From: an uncultured Collinsella sp.
Lineage (GTDB): Bacteria; Actinomycetota; Coriobacteriia; Coriobacteriales; Coriobacteriaceae
DNA: 64,000 bases
NCBI GenBank assembly: GCA_900541195.1
Contig: UQIY01000004.1
Coordinates: 2,492 to 66,491 of the forward strand
Direction: 5' to 3'
Shown here piece by piece: positions 30,413 through 41,217 of this stretch; the first letter of the stretch is position 1; each line of letters opens with the position of its first letter. The notes below the pieces were generated by a model that made no database searches, was not told where the DNA came from, and saw nothing but the letters and a program-made list of their open reading frames with translations. Made by a program: the position numbers and the translations under genes.

Positions 30413-31600
30413 ATGTTCAACACCATCATCACCACGGTCAAGACGCTGCTGCGCCGGCCGAGCACGTGGGTTTGGGGCGCTCTCTTTCCCATCGCGCTTT
30501 CCACGATGTTTATGTTTATGTTTGCGAACCTGAGCTCTGACGGCACGGTCGACCCGGTGCCGGTGGCCGTCGTAGCGGATGAGGCCTGGGACGCCTCGAC
30601 CTTTAAGGACGTGGCGACGTCGCTCGACGAGGAGGACGGCGACCAACTGCTCGAGATCCACGAGTGCGACGACGCAGCCGATGCGAACCGTGCGCTCAAG
30701 GCCGGCGAAGTCGCGGGCATCTACACGGTCGATGCCGCGGGCACGCCCAAGCTCACGCTGCTTTCGAGCTACGACGGCTCGCGTGCCTCGTCGGTGCTCA
30801 CCGACCGCAGCATCCTTGAGACGGTGGCAAGCTCGTATACGCAAAATGCCGAGCTCATGTCCCAGATTGCCCAAGACAACCCGGCGGCGCTCGCCGACCC
30901 GGAGGCGGTTGCGCGCGCCCTGTCGCTCGAGGGCGACACCCGCCGCGTAAGCCTGACACGCACCACGCCCGATGGCACGGTCATCTACTATTACGCGCTT
31001 TTTGGCCTGGTCGCGATGATGTCTGCCGAGTTTGCCGCCTTGAGCGTCGTCGATTTGCAACCCAATCTGTCTGGCCTTGGTGCACGTCGCTGCGTGGGTG
31101 GCCTTTCTAAGACGGCGTCGCTGGCCGGTATCTTTGTGGGCTCGTGGCTGGTTTCCTTTGTCTCGATGACGATCGCGATTGGCTACGTGCGTCTAGTCGT
31201 TGGCGTCGACTTTGGCGGGCGCGAGGGGCTGTGTCTGGTGGGCGGCGCCGTGCCCGCGCTTGCCGCCACGGGCCTGGGGCTCTTTGTGGGCACGCTTCCC
31301 GTTAAGGGCGGCAAGGCGTCCAAGTCGGGCATCCTCACGGGCTTTGCCACCACGTGCGCCTTGTTCGCCGGCCTCTACGGCGAGCCGGCGATGGCACTTG
31401 CCGACGACGTCGCCCGCGCCTGCCCGGCCGAGTGCTGGCTCAACCCCGTCAAGCTCATCTGCGACATGTTCAACCGCCTGTATTTCTTTGAGGACCTGAG
31501 CCCCTTTGCCGTTCGCGCCGGCGCGCTCGTCCTGATGGCCCTGGTGTTTGTCGCCGCCGCCACGCTGATCTTTGGAAGGAGCCGCTATGAGCACCTTTAA
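30413..31600 (+). CDS. ABC-2 family permease
   Basis: 395 aa. An N-terminal TM helix, a large extracytoplasmic loop, then a cluster of C-terminal TM helices. Adjacent to the ATPase. Confidence 0.75.
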   Translation: MFNTIITTVKTLLRRPSTWVWGALFPIALSTMFMFMFANLSSDGTVDPVPVAVVADEAWDASTFKDVATSLDEEDGDQLLEIHECDDAADANRALKAGEVAGIYTVDAAGTPKLTLLSSYDGSRASSVLTDRSILETVASSYTQNAELMSQIAQDNPAALADPEAVARALSLEGDTRRVSLTRTTPDGTVIYYYALFGLVAMMSAEFAALSVVDLQPNLSGLGARRCVGGLSKTASLAGIFVGSWLVSFVSMTIAIGYVRLVVGVDFGGREGLCLVGGAVPALAATGLGLFVGTLPVKGGKASKSGILTGFATTCALFAGLYGEPAMALADDVARACPAECWLNPVKLICDMFNRLYFFEDLSPFAVRAGALVLMALVFVAAATLIFGRSRYEHL

Positions 31601-32792
31601 GACTGCGCTTCGCATGGCGCTCGCGCACCCGCTCTATCTGCTTATCTACACGGTGTTCATCTCGCTCATGGGTGTGTTTATCGCGGCATCGGTGAGCTGG
31701 AACTCGTCGCAGCTCACCGAGTACAAGCCCTACGATGCCAGCGTGATCGTGGTCGACCGCGACGACAGCGACCTTTCGCGTGCGCTTACCAAGCATCTGG
31801 GTTCGCGCTTTGAGCTGGTCACGGGCGTCGACGACGATACGTACGATCTCGCGGACGCGCTTTCCAAGAGCAACAGCGCCAAGGGTAGTGCCGACTGCGT
31901 ATTCTTTATCCCGGAGGGGTTTGAGGGCGACCTCGTTGCGGCCGCCCGCGCGGGGGAGTCCCTGCCCAAGCTCGACGTGACCTACGGTGCCGGCACCATG
32001 GCGGCGGCGCTTTCGTCTGCCGAGGCCTCGCGCTGGATCTCGCTCGCGGGCGCTGCGGCCGCACTTGAGCCCGCCGCCTCTAACGGCGACGTTGCCAAGG
32101 CCGCCGAGCATGCGGCCACCGAGCGTGCCGAGGTCGAGATCGAGCAGGTCAAGGTCGACTCGACTGCCGCCGCCACGCTCGAGTCGTATTTCAACTTCGG
32201 TGCGTACGCGATTATCTCGTCGGTCATCGTGTCGGTGGGGTTGGTGTTCTCGGGCATGAACGAGCCTGAGCGCGTGCGTCGTATGGATGCCGGTCCAATC
32301 TCCGAGCGCCGGCGCTCGCTTGCCGTGTTTGCAGCCGCCGCCGTGATCACCGTCTGCATCTGGTTTGTGTCGAGCATGATGGGCGTCGTGGGCTTTGCCG
32401 GCGCGGTCGCCGAGGTCGGCGTGGGCCGTGTGTGCTTGGCGCTGGCAGCGACGTTTGCCCTGGCGTGCACGCCGCTGGCCGTTGGCTTTGCGCTGTCGAG
32501 CCTGGGTGCGCGCGAGGAGCTGCTCAACGGTGTGGGCAACCTGCTCGGCATGCTCATGACGTTTTTGGGCGGCGCCTGGATGCCGCTGTCGCTCATGGGC
32601 TCGGCCGTGCAGACCGTTGCGCATTTTGTGCCGACGTTTTGGGTGAACGACGCGATCAGCAAGGCGCTCGCCGCGGACCTGACGTCCGCCGTGCTGGGTG
32701 ACATCGCCTGCGACCTGGGCGTCACGGTGCTCTTTGCCGCGGCCATCGCCGCCGTAGGCCTAGCCCTCTCGCGCACCAAATCCCGTGCTTAG
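31587..32792 (+). CDS. ABC-2 family permease (second)
   Basis: I prefer the start at ATG 31587 (MSTFKTAL) with GGAAGGAG upstream. It overlaps the previous gene end. Same topology as the preceding permease. Confidence 0.75.
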   Translation: MSTFKTALRMALAHPLYLLIYTVFISLMGVFIAASVSWNSSQLTEYKPYDASVIVVDRDDSDLSRALTKHLGSRFELVTGVDDDTYDLADALSKSNSAKGSADCVFFIPEGFEGDLVAAARAGESLPKLDVTYGAGTMAAALSSAEASRWISLAGAAAALEPAASNGDVAKAAEHAATERAEVEIEQVKVDSTAAATLESYFNFGAYAIISSVIVSVGLVFSGMNEPERVRRMDAGPISERRRSLAVFAAAAVITVCIWFVSSMMGVVGFAGAVAEVGVGRVCLALAATFALACTPLAVGFALSSLGAREELLNGVGNLLGMLMTFLGGAWMPLSLMGSAVQTVAHFVPTFWVNDAISKALAADLTSAVLGDIACDLGVTVLFAAAIAAVGLALSRTKSRA

Positions 32793-32796
32793 CCAC

Positions 32797-32827
32797 CTGG
32801 TCATTTAAGAACGTCCCCAATGACCAG
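32797..32827. repeat. REP-like palindromic element, copy 1 (core AAGAACGTCCCCAATGAC)
   Basis: CTGGTCATT / AATGACCAG 9-bp stem with a 13-nt loop, 5 nt after the stop codon. Related copies lie at 36307-36334 and 44821-44849. Confidence 0.7.
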
Positions 32828-32920
32828 TCTGAAATAAATCCCAAGCCTCGCTCCAAAATAGTTCGCCAAGGTTTACTATTACGCTCATAAAGTAGTATGA
32901 GGCTAACAGTGGGGGATACC

Positions 32921-33634
<714 letters not shown>

Positions 33635-33642
33635 GCGGCGCC

Positions 33643-36309
33643 ATGACACCTCTCACAAAACGTCTCCCGCGCGAGCTGCGCCGCAATATCGGCAAGTACC
33701 TGGGCATCTTTTTGCTTATGTGCGGAAGCATCGCCCTTACCTCGGGCTTTTTGCTCGCAGCGCATTCCATCGGTTGCCTTATCGACGACATGCGCGATGC
33801 GTACACGATTGAGGACGGCCGCGTGACCACCTCTTTCGAGGCCACCAAAGACCAGCTCAAGGCAGCCGAGGGTGCAGCCGGCGACGTCGGCGGCGTCACG
33901 CTCTACAAGAACTTCTCCATCGACGCCATCATCAAAAAGGCGTCCGGCGACGACGGCACCAAGCGCACGCTGCGCACCTATGCGCACCGCACCAAGGTCG
34001 ATATCGCGTCCTACTGTGAGGGCAAGGAGCCCAAGACGGACGATGAGGTGGCAATCGACCGTGTCTTCGCCACCAACAACGATCTCGCCGTGGGCGATAA
34101 GGTCGAGCTCGAGGGTCGCACCTACACCATCTGCGGCATCATGACTCAACCCGATAGCCAGGCGCTGTTCCTCAACAACTCCGACTTTACGGTGAACACC
34201 ATCACCTATGGCGTGGCCGAGGTCACCGACGCTGGCTTTGCCGCGCTCGAGGACGTCGGCGGCGCGCCCGCCTACACCTACTCCTTTACCTTTACCGATC
34301 GTGACCTCTCCACTGCGGACCGCATCGATGCGGAGCAGGATATGGTCGAGGCGCTGACCGATGCCGATACGCGCGTGGACGATCTGATCGACGCCGATTC
34401 CAACCAGGGTATTGGCTACGCGCGCGACGACGTGGACGGCGACTCTATGATGTGGATGACGCTGCTCGACATCATCATCGTGATCATGGCGTTCATCTTT
34501 GTGGTCCTTACCGACGCCACCATCGAGGAGGAGAGCGCCATCATTGGCACACTGCTCGCCAGCGGCTATCGCCGTCGCGAGATCGTGCTGCACTACCTTG
34601 CGCTTCCCGCCATCGTGGGCGTGCTCGCAGCGCTTTTGGGCACTGCGCTCGGCGTTGTGTTCTTTACCGAGCCCATGCGCAGCCTCTATTACGGTTCGTA
34701 CAGCCTGCCGCCCTTCCAGGTGTACTGGAGCTGGGAGATCTTTGTGAAGTGCGCCGTGGTTCCCGCCGCCGCGCTCATCCTCATCACGCTGGTGGGCCTG
34801 CTTCGCAAAATGGGCAAGACGCCGTTGCAATTCCTTCGTCACGAGGCGAGCGGCAAATCGGGTACCAAGTGCGGCCTGCAGCTGCCGGAGCGCATGGGCT
34901 TTGTTTCCCGCTTCCGCCTGCGTATCTTCCTGCGCAACCTGGGCAACTTCGCCACGCTCTTCGTGGGCATTGCATTTGCGTCGCTGCTGATGCTTTTTGG
35001 CCTGGCGATTCTGCCCACGATGACGCACTACGCGGACAACCTGAAGACGAGCCTGGTCGCCGAGCACCAGTACACGCTCAAGGCGCCGCTGGAGCTCGAG
35101 GGCACCGCCGAGGAGCGCGAGCAGTGGTCGGCACTCGAGCGCTTGCAGTCGGTTGACGGCGCGCTGCTAACCGCTGCCCAGGATGCCGATGACGAGCTTG
35201 ACGACGCGGCCGATGCGGCGCAGACGGCAGCCGATGCCGCGACCGCATCTCCGTCTGCCGAGAGCCTGACTGCGGCGCAGGATGCGCTTGCCAAGGTCCA
35301 GGACAAGAAAGATGCGCTCTACGCGCGTCTCGATGACCTTGCCGATGCCCTCGGCTGCAACCGCGACGAGGCTATCGACCTGATCGACAAGGCCTCCAAG
35401 ATCGACACTGACAACGACGATATCCATCCGGTCAATACGACCGACAACGGCGCAGGAGCAATCGCGCAGGCCGAGAAATATGCCGTTTACCAGCTGCAAT
35501 ACGACCGCGGCGATGGAAATGGCGAGGAGACGATTTCCGTCTACGGCATTTCATCCGATTCGCGCTATTGGAAAGACCTCAACGTCGGCGACGGGCGTGT
35601 CGTCTTTGGCGGCGGTCTGCTCGATAAGTTTGGCTGGAGCGAGGGCCAGAAGGTCACGCTCGGCGACAAGTACGAGGGTGAGCATTATTCCCTTGAGTAC
35701 GCGGGCAAGGACTGCGCCTGGGGCTCCAAGTCGGACATGAATATCTATATGAGTATCGACGACTTTAATGAGCTGTTCGACAACGACGCCGCCTACTTTA
35801 ACGGCTATGTGAGCAACGAGAAGCTCGACCTCGAAGCTCGTTACTTTGCCGGCGACACCACGCCCGATGACATGCGTGCCGTGGGCGACCAGTTCATCGG
35901 CATGATGAGCAAAATGATCGGAATGATGGTCGGGCTCGCGGTGTTTATCTTCCTGCTGTTTATGTACCTGCTGACCAAGGCCGTTATCGATCATAGCGCC
36001 CGTTCGATCAGCTACATGAAAGTCTTTGGCTATCGCGATAGCGAGATCTCGCATCTGTACATCCGGTCGATCACGCTGTGCGTGGCGGCGTCGCTCGTGC
36101 TGAGCCTGCCGGTCATTATTGGTTCACTCACGGCCATCTTCCGCTCGATGCTGCTCGCCTACAACGGCAATATCGAGATCTACGTGCCCGCTTGGTCCAT
36201 GACGGCGTGCGTGGGCATTGGCTTTGCGACCTACCTGGTCGTGGCGCTGCTACACACGCGTTCTATCAAGCGCGTCAGCCTGGCCGAGGCCCTCAAAGTC
36301 CAAGAGTAG
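33643..36309 (+). CDS. FtsX/MacB-type ABC permease with two FtsX modules and an acidic Ala/Asp-rich insert
   Basis: The start is ATG 33643 (MTPLTKRLPRELRRNIGKY). It has two 4-TM FtsX-like blocks, each preceded by an extracytoplasmic domain. A low-complexity DADDELDDAADAAQTAADAA... insert is encoded at about nt 35150-35430. Confidence 0.8.
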   Translation: MTPLTKRLPRELRRNIGKYLGIFLLMCGSIALTSGFLLAAHSIGCLIDDMRDAYTIEDGRVTTSFEATKDQLKAAEGAAGDVGGVTLYKNFSIDAIIKKASGDDGTKRTLRTYAHRTKVDIASYCEGKEPKTDDEVAIDRVFATNNDLAVGDKVELEGRTYTICGIMTQPDSQALFLNNSDFTVNTITYGVAEVTDAGFAALEDVGGAPAYTYSFTFTDRDLSTADRIDAEQDMVEALTDADTRVDDLIDADSNQGIGYARDDVDGDSMMWMTLLDIIIVIMAFIFVVLTDATIEEESAIIGTLLASGYRRREIVLHYLALPAIVGVLAALLGTALGVVFFTEPMRSLYYGSYSLPPFQVYWSWEIFVKCAVVPAAALILITLVGLLRKMGKTPLQFLRHEASGKSGTKCGLQLPERMGFVSRFRLRIFLRNLGNFATLFVGIAFASLLMLFGLAILPTMTHYADNLKTSLVAEHQYTLKAPLELEGTAEEREQWSALERLQSVDGALLTAAQDADDELDDAADAAQTAADAATASPSAESLTAAQDALAKVQDKKDALYARLDDLADALGCNRDEAIDLIDKASKIDTDNDDIHPVNTTDNGAGAIAQAEKYAVYQLQYDRGDGNGEETISVYGISSDSRYWKDLNVGDGRVVFGGGLLDKFGWSEGQKVTLGDKYEGEHYSLEYAGKDCAWGSKSDMNIYMSIDDFNELFDNDAAYFNGYVSNEKLDLEARYFAGDTTPDDMRAVGDQFIGMMSKMIGMMVGLAVFIFLLFMYLLTKAVIDHSARSISYMKVFGYRDSEISHLYIRSITLCVAASLVLSLPVIIGSLTAIFRSMLLAYNGNIEIYVPAWSMTACVGIGFATYLVVALLHTRSIKRVSLAEALKVQE

Positions 36310-36334
36310 TCGTTAGGGACGTCCCCAATGACTA
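36307..36334. repeat. REP-like palindromic element, copy 2
   Basis: TAGTCGTTAGGGACGTCCCCAATGACTA. The stem starts with the TAG stop codon of the permease gene. Confidence 0.65.
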
Positions 36335-36417
36335 GGCGCTGTACTTGACTTTAACTCTGCTTTAACTGGTACCATCCTCTATGTCTGTAACGCCATATAG
36401 ACCGAGGGGATATAACT

Positions 36418-37623
36418 ATGACCGCAACTGCACCCGCAGCACCCGCTAAGGTGTACTTCACCAACCTGCGCACGCATGCTCGCGAGAGCCAGCTCGACAA
36501 GCTCAAGCGCCTCATACGTCACGCCGGTATCGAGCAGATCGACTTCGAGAACAAGTTCGTCGCTATCAAGATTCACTTTGGCGAGCTGGGCAATCTGAGC
36601 TTTTTGCGCCCCAACTACGCCCGCGCCGTCGCGGATGTCGTGAAGGAGCTGGGTGGCAAGCCCTTCCTCACCGACTGTAACACGCTCTACGTTGGTAGCC
36701 GTAAAAACGCGCTCGAGCACATCGATACCGCCTATCAGAACGGCTTTACCCCGTATGCCACGGGTTGCCAGATCATCATCGCCGACGGCCTCAAGGGTAC
36801 CGACGAGGCACTCGTCCCGGTCGAGGGCGGCGAGTACGTGCGCGAGGCCAAGATCGGTCGGGCACTCATGGATGCCGATATCGTGATCAGCCTCACGCAC
36901 TTTAAAGGCCATGAGCAGGCCGGCTTTGGCGGCGCCATGAAGAACCTGGGCATGGGCGGCGGCAGCCGCGCCGGCAAGATGGAGCAGCATGCCGCCGGCA
37001 AGCCGAACGTCGCGACCGAGCACTGTATTGGCTGCCGTGCCTGCGAAAAGGTCTGTGCGCACAGCGCTATCTCGTTTGACGACACCCGTGAGCGCGAGCT
37101 CGCCAACGGCAACACCCGTACGGTTCACGTTGCCGCTATCGACCATGATCGCTGTGTGGGCTGCGGCCGCTGCATCGGCGTGTGCAACCAGGACGCCATC
37201 AAGCCCGGCCATGACGCTGCGGCCGACGTGCTCAACTGCAAGATCGCCGAGTACACCAAGGCCGTCGTCGACGGCCGCCCGAGCTTCCACATTTCGCTCG
37301 CCATGGACATCAGCCCCAACTGCGATTGCCATCCCGAAAACGACACGCCTATCGTCAACGATATCGGCATGTTCGCGAGCTTCGACCCGGTCGCCATCGA
37401 CCAGGCCTGTGCCGATGCCGTCATGGCGTCCGAGCCGCTTCCCAACACCGAGCTCACCGATAGCGCGGCCAAGATGGAGCACAACCACGAGCATCTGGAG
37501 GGCGAGCAAGCCGAGGACCCCTTCTGCATCACGCATCCCGACACCGACTGGCGCACCTGCATTGCGCATGCCGAGAAGATCGGCCTGGGCACGAGCAAGT
37601 ACGAGCTCATCGAGGTCAAGTAG
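36418..37623 (+). CDS. DUF362 domain Fe-S protein with an inserted 2x[4Fe-4S] ferredoxin domain
   Basis: 401 aa. KVYFTNLR...VAIKIHFGELGN...FLTDCNTLY is the DUF362 pattern, with CIGCRACEKVC and CVGCGRCIGVC clusters. Confidence 0.75.
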   Translation: MTATAPAAPAKVYFTNLRTHARESQLDKLKRLIRHAGIEQIDFENKFVAIKIHFGELGNLSFLRPNYARAVADVVKELGGKPFLTDCNTLYVGSRKNALEHIDTAYQNGFTPYATGCQIIIADGLKGTDEALVPVEGGEYVREAKIGRALMDADIVISLTHFKGHEQAGFGGAMKNLGMGGGSRAGKMEQHAAGKPNVATEHCIGCRACEKVCAHSAISFDDTRERELANGNTRTVHVAAIDHDRCVGCGRCIGVCNQDAIKPGHDAAADVLNCKIAEYTKAVVDGRPSFHISLAMDISPNCDCHPENDTPIVNDIGMFASFDPVAIDQACADAVMASEPLPNTELTDSAAKMEHNHEHLEGEQAEDPFCITHPDTDWRTCIAHAEKIGLGTSKYELIEVK

Positions 37624-37673
37624 CACCTGTCCATTGGACATATCGAGCGCTTTTGTAGCGCAACGTTAGCAAA

Positions 37674-37706
37674 AGCCGCCCGCGAGCACAGCTCTCGCGG
37701 GCGGCT
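37674..37706. terminator. Bidirectional terminator hairpin between convergent genes
   Basis: AGCCGCCCGCGAG / CTCGCGGGCGGCT 13-bp stem, with T/A runs on both sides. Confidence 0.65.
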
Positions 37707-37710
37707 TTCC

Positions 37711-37832
37711 GGAAGTATGCGGCAAATTTCGAGACCGCCGAGCACACGACATTTTTTGGCAACAAAACCCCTGATAAATTGTTGGTAAAACTGCGGTCTG
37801 GTCGGCAGCTCCAGATTTTGCCGCATACTTCC
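37711..37832. repeat. About 120-bp imperfect palindrome with 16-bp perfect terminal arms
   Basis: GGAAGTATGCGGCAAA (37711-37726) pairs with TTTGCCGCATACTTCC (37817-37832). Internal GACCGC/GCGGTC pairing continues the palindrome. Confidence 0.6.
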
Positions 37833-37874
37833 GAAAATAGGTGGTCAGATAAAGCCCCAGACGTTGCTTTTTGC

Positions 37875-38840
37875 CTAAAAATACTCGTCGAGGAAGTCAT
37901 CGACCGTGTTCCAGTAGAGCTCGGGGTCAACTTGCGCACTCTTGGCGTGGGTGGCGCCATGGATGGTGAGCTTTTGCTTGACCTTGCTGGCGCACGCGTC
38001 GTAGTTTTGGTCGAGCATGCTGTACGGCACAAAGGTGTCCTGGTCGCCGTGGATAAACAGCATGGGAACCGTCGCGTGCTTGAGTTGCTCCACACTGCTC
38101 GCCTTATGAAAGTCGTAGCCCGCGCGCACGTTGCACACCAAGTTTGCTACATCGAGCAAGGGAAAGCTGGGCAGGCCGAACACGTCCTTGAGCTGCAGAG
38201 AAAACTCGTCCCAAACACTCGTATAACCGCAGTCCTCGATAATGCATTTCACGTTTGCGGGCAGAGATTCCCCCGCAACGTTCATGGCGGTTGCCGCACC
38301 CATCGACTCGCCAAAGACCAGGATGCGCGCCTCGGGGTCAGCCTGAACAATTCGCCCGATCCATGCGATAACATCGAGTCGCTCGGGCCAGCCCATGCCG
38401 ATATAGTCGCCGCCGGAGCGCTCGTGGGCGCGGGCGGCAGGCGCGAGCACGTTCATGCCGCGGTCGTGGAAGCGCTTGGCGTATCGGGCCATACCGATGG
38501 GCTCGTTGGTATATCCATGCAGGCAGACGGCGTAATCGTGGGTGTTCTCCGAGGCGGCAAAATACCAAGCGGCGAGCTCGGTTCCGTCATCTGCGGTGAG
38601 GCTGCTGCTCTCGCGATTCTCTTTAAACCACGCCCGCGCCTCGGTTTCCTCGGCATCCGGCTGCTCGCCTTCTTTGTCGTTCTTGCTATCCTGCATCATC
38701 TTCATGGTGTACGGCGCTTGGGGATTCAGCGCGAAGTCAAACAGAAAGTTGCCGGCAAATCCGAGCAGCGCAACGACAACCACCAGTGCAACGATGCCGG
38801 CTATCTTGAGCTTTCGATGGGAACGTGCGTTTTGAGCCAT
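37875..38840 (-). CDS. Membrane-anchored alpha/beta hydrolase (S9/BAAT-like)
   Basis: 321 aa. An N-terminal TM helix (IAGIVALVVVVALLGFAG), a GESMGAA nucleophile elbow and a C-terminal ..HGDQDTFVP...H.. triad context. Confidence 0.75.
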   Translation of the reverse strand: MAQNARSHRKLKIAGIVALVVVVALLGFAGNFLFDFALNPQAPYTMKMMQDSKNDKEGEQPDAEETEARAWFKENRESSSLTADDGTELAAWYFAASENTHDYAVCLHGYTNEPIGMARYAKRFHDRGMNVLAPAARAHERSGGDYIGMGWPERLDVIAWIGRIVQADPEARILVFGESMGAATAMNVAGESLPANVKCIIEDCGYTSVWDEFSLQLKDVFGLPSFPLLDVANLVCNVRAGYDFHKASSVEQLKHATVPMLFIHGDQDTFVPYSMLDQNYDACASKVKQKLTIHGATHAKSAQVDPELYWNTVDDFLDEYF

Positions 38841-39026
38841 GCGGTATTCTCCTATAAGATGTTAATACATCAACATTTAATGCAAGCGCATTATGGACGT
38901 TCGCCGTTGATGCGTCAACAGACAAAGAATGGGTAAACAAAGGGTCACGTATGGTGCAAATTTCGCACGTACCTAGACGCTTTGATATAGTGTTGAGAAC
39001 TCTTTACGTTGGAGGATGTAACCGGC

Positions 39027-39710
39027 ATGTCCGATTCGAGCGACAGTTCTAAGCCGCGACCCAAGACCGCGGCCGTTCCACACTACACGGTGGGCGAGGA
39101 GATCATGAACTCCGTCACCCATGGTGTCGGCTGCCTGCTGGGTATCGCGGGCCTGGTGCTCCTGATCGTATTCGCTGCCCTGCGCGGCGGAGGCCCGGCC
39201 CACATGGCCGCGGCGATTGTCTATGGCGTCAGCATTATTCTCGAATATCTGGCCTCCACGCTCTACCACGCGATTCAACCCGCGCGCGCCAAGCGCGTGT
39301 TTCGCATCATCGACCACAGCTGCATCTACCTGCTCATAGCCGGCAGCTATACGCCGTTTTGCCTCATCACGCTCGCAAACGACGGCGGTCCTGCGCTGTT
39401 CTTTGCCGTATGGGCCATCGCCATTATCGGCATCGCCCTCGAGTGCTTTATGCGTGAGCGTCAACCGCACTGGGTAAGCGGCCTGGTCTACCTGCTGATG
39501 GGCTGGCTTGTCGTCTTTAAGCTGCCCGAACTTGTGTCGCTGCTCAACCCCGTGGCACTTGCCCTGCTCGCCGTCGGCGGCGTGTGCTACACCGCGGGCG
39601 TGCCGTTCTATATCGCCAAAAACGTGCGCTATCTGCACAGCGTGTTTCACCTGTGGGTGCTCGCCGGCAGCATCTTCCAGTTCATGGCGGTGATCCTCTT
39701 CGTAATCTAG
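39027..39710 (+). CDS. Hemolysin III / PAQR family membrane protein
   Basis: The start is ATG 39027 with GGAGGA upstream. There are 7 TM segments. EEIMNSVTHGVG, LASTLYH, DHSCIYLLIAGSYTPF and LHSVFHLWV are typical of the family. Confidence 0.8.
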   Translation: MSDSSDSSKPRPKTAAVPHYTVGEEIMNSVTHGVGCLLGIAGLVLLIVFAALRGGGPAHMAAAIVYGVSIILEYLASTLYHAIQPARAKRVFRIIDHSCIYLLIAGSYTPFCLITLANDGGPALFFAVWAIAIIGIALECFMRERQPHWVSGLVYLLMGWLVVFKLPELVSLLNPVALALLAVGGVCYTAGVPFYIAKNVRYLHSVFHLWVLAGSIFQFMAVILFVI

Positions 39711-39819
39711 CGACCATGCCTGCGCGCCCGCGTCCTCGTTTGGGCGCCGGCGCAATTGCCGTATCCGTCATCAACGTTTTACCCTGACGCCCGAATCTTG
39801 GAGGTTCGAGAAACTCCCG

Positions 39820-41193
39820 ATGGACATAACCATCTCCCTTATCACTACCCTCGTTTTAACCCTCATCAACGGCTACTTTTCTATGTCCGAGATGGCGCTC
39901 ACCACGGCAAAGCGCGCTGTGCTGGAGCACGAGGCCGAGGAAGGCGACAAACGCGCCGAGCGCGCCATTAAGCTGGCCGCCGATTCCGACCAGCTGCTCG
40001 CTACCATCCAGGTCGCCATCACGCTCGTGGGCTTTGCCTCGTCCGCCGTCGCCTCGACGAGCCTGTCCGACCCGCTTGCCACGTGGCTCATGAGCTTTGG
40101 CATCGCGCCGCTTTCCGCCATCGCGCGCGGTCTGGCGCCGGTCATCATCACCGTCGCCGTCGCCTTTGTGTCAATCGTGATCGGCGAGCTCGTGCCCAAG
40201 CGCATCGGGCTCGCTAACGCCGAGGGCGTATCCAAGCAGGTCGTGGGACCGCTCTCCGTGTTCCAAAAGATCGCCCGCCCGCTCGTGTGGCTGACCGGTG
40301 CCTGCTCTGACGGCCTGGCCCGCATCCTGCGCATCAAGAGCGCCGACGACCGCCAAAACGTCTCGGAGGAAGAGATCAAGTACATGGTCTCGGAGCAGGA
40401 CGATCTGCTCGACGAGGAAAAGCGCATGATCCACGAGATTTTCGACCTGGGCGACACCGTTGCCCGCGAGGTCATGGTGCCGCGCGTGGACACCACCATG
40501 TGCGAGGACGACGAGACGGTCGCCGACGTGCTGTCCGCCATGCGCCAGACCGGCTTCAGCCGCATCCCCGTCTATCACGAGGATCCCGATAACGTCGTGG
40601 GCATCGCGCACATCAAGGACCTGATCCAGCCTTCGCTCGACGGCAAGGGCGACCAGCCCATCGCCGACTTTTTGCGCGACGCCACCTTTGTGCCCGACAC
40701 CAAGGACATCCTGCCGCTGCTGTCCGAGATGCAGACCTCGCACGACCAGATCGTAGTGGTCGTGGACGAGTACGGCGGCACGGCCGGCATCATCACCATC
40801 GAGGACATCGTCGAGGAGATTGTGGGCGAGATCGAGGACGAGTTCGACCCCGACAACAAGTACCTCACGCGCCTCTCGCGCCGCGAGTGGCTTGTCGATG
40901 GGCGTTTTTCGTGCGATGACGCGATTGAGCTTGGTTGGCCGCTCGAGGAAAGCGATGATTATGAGACCATCGCCGGCTGGATTTTGGAGCTTTGCGACTC
41001 GGTGCCCGACATCGGAGAGGTGTTTGAGGTTGCGGGGTACAAGTTTAAAGTGCAGTCGATGCGTGGCCAGCGCATCTCGCTCATTCGCGTGATCGCTCCG
41101 GCCGAAACCGATAAGAAGGATTCCGAGTCCTCGGCAGATAAGCCGGCGGCGTCGGGCGCGGGCTCTGCGGACCCGCACGACGGCGACGAGTAG
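39820..41193 (+). CDS. CNNM/DUF21-CBS-CorC_HlyC family protein (TlyC/CorC-like)
   Basis: 457 aa. The N-terminal DUF21 TM domain (NGYFSMSEMALT..) is followed by a CBS pair (REVMVPRVD..) and a C-terminal CorC_HlyC (ETIAGWILE...F.V..M.G.RI). Confidence 0.85.
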   Translation: MDITISLITTLVLTLINGYFSMSEMALTTAKRAVLEHEAEEGDKRAERAIKLAADSDQLLATIQVAITLVGFASSAVASTSLSDPLATWLMSFGIAPLSAIARGLAPVIITVAVAFVSIVIGELVPKRIGLANAEGVSKQVVGPLSVFQKIARPLVWLTGACSDGLARILRIKSADDRQNVSEEEIKYMVSEQDDLLDEEKRMIHEIFDLGDTVAREVMVPRVDTTMCEDDETVADVLSAMRQTGFSRIPVYHEDPDNVVGIAHIKDLIQPSLDGKGDQPIADFLRDATFVPDTKDILPLLSEMQTSHDQIVVVVDEYGGTAGIITIEDIVEEIVGEIEDEFDPDNKYLTRLSRREWLVDGRFSCDDAIELGWPLEESDDYETIAGWILELCDSVPDIGEVFEVAGYKFKVQSMRGQRISLIRVIAPAETDKKDSESSADKPAASGAGSADPHDGDE

Positions 41194-41217
41194 GGCAAGG
41201 AAGAGTAGGGGAGAGTT

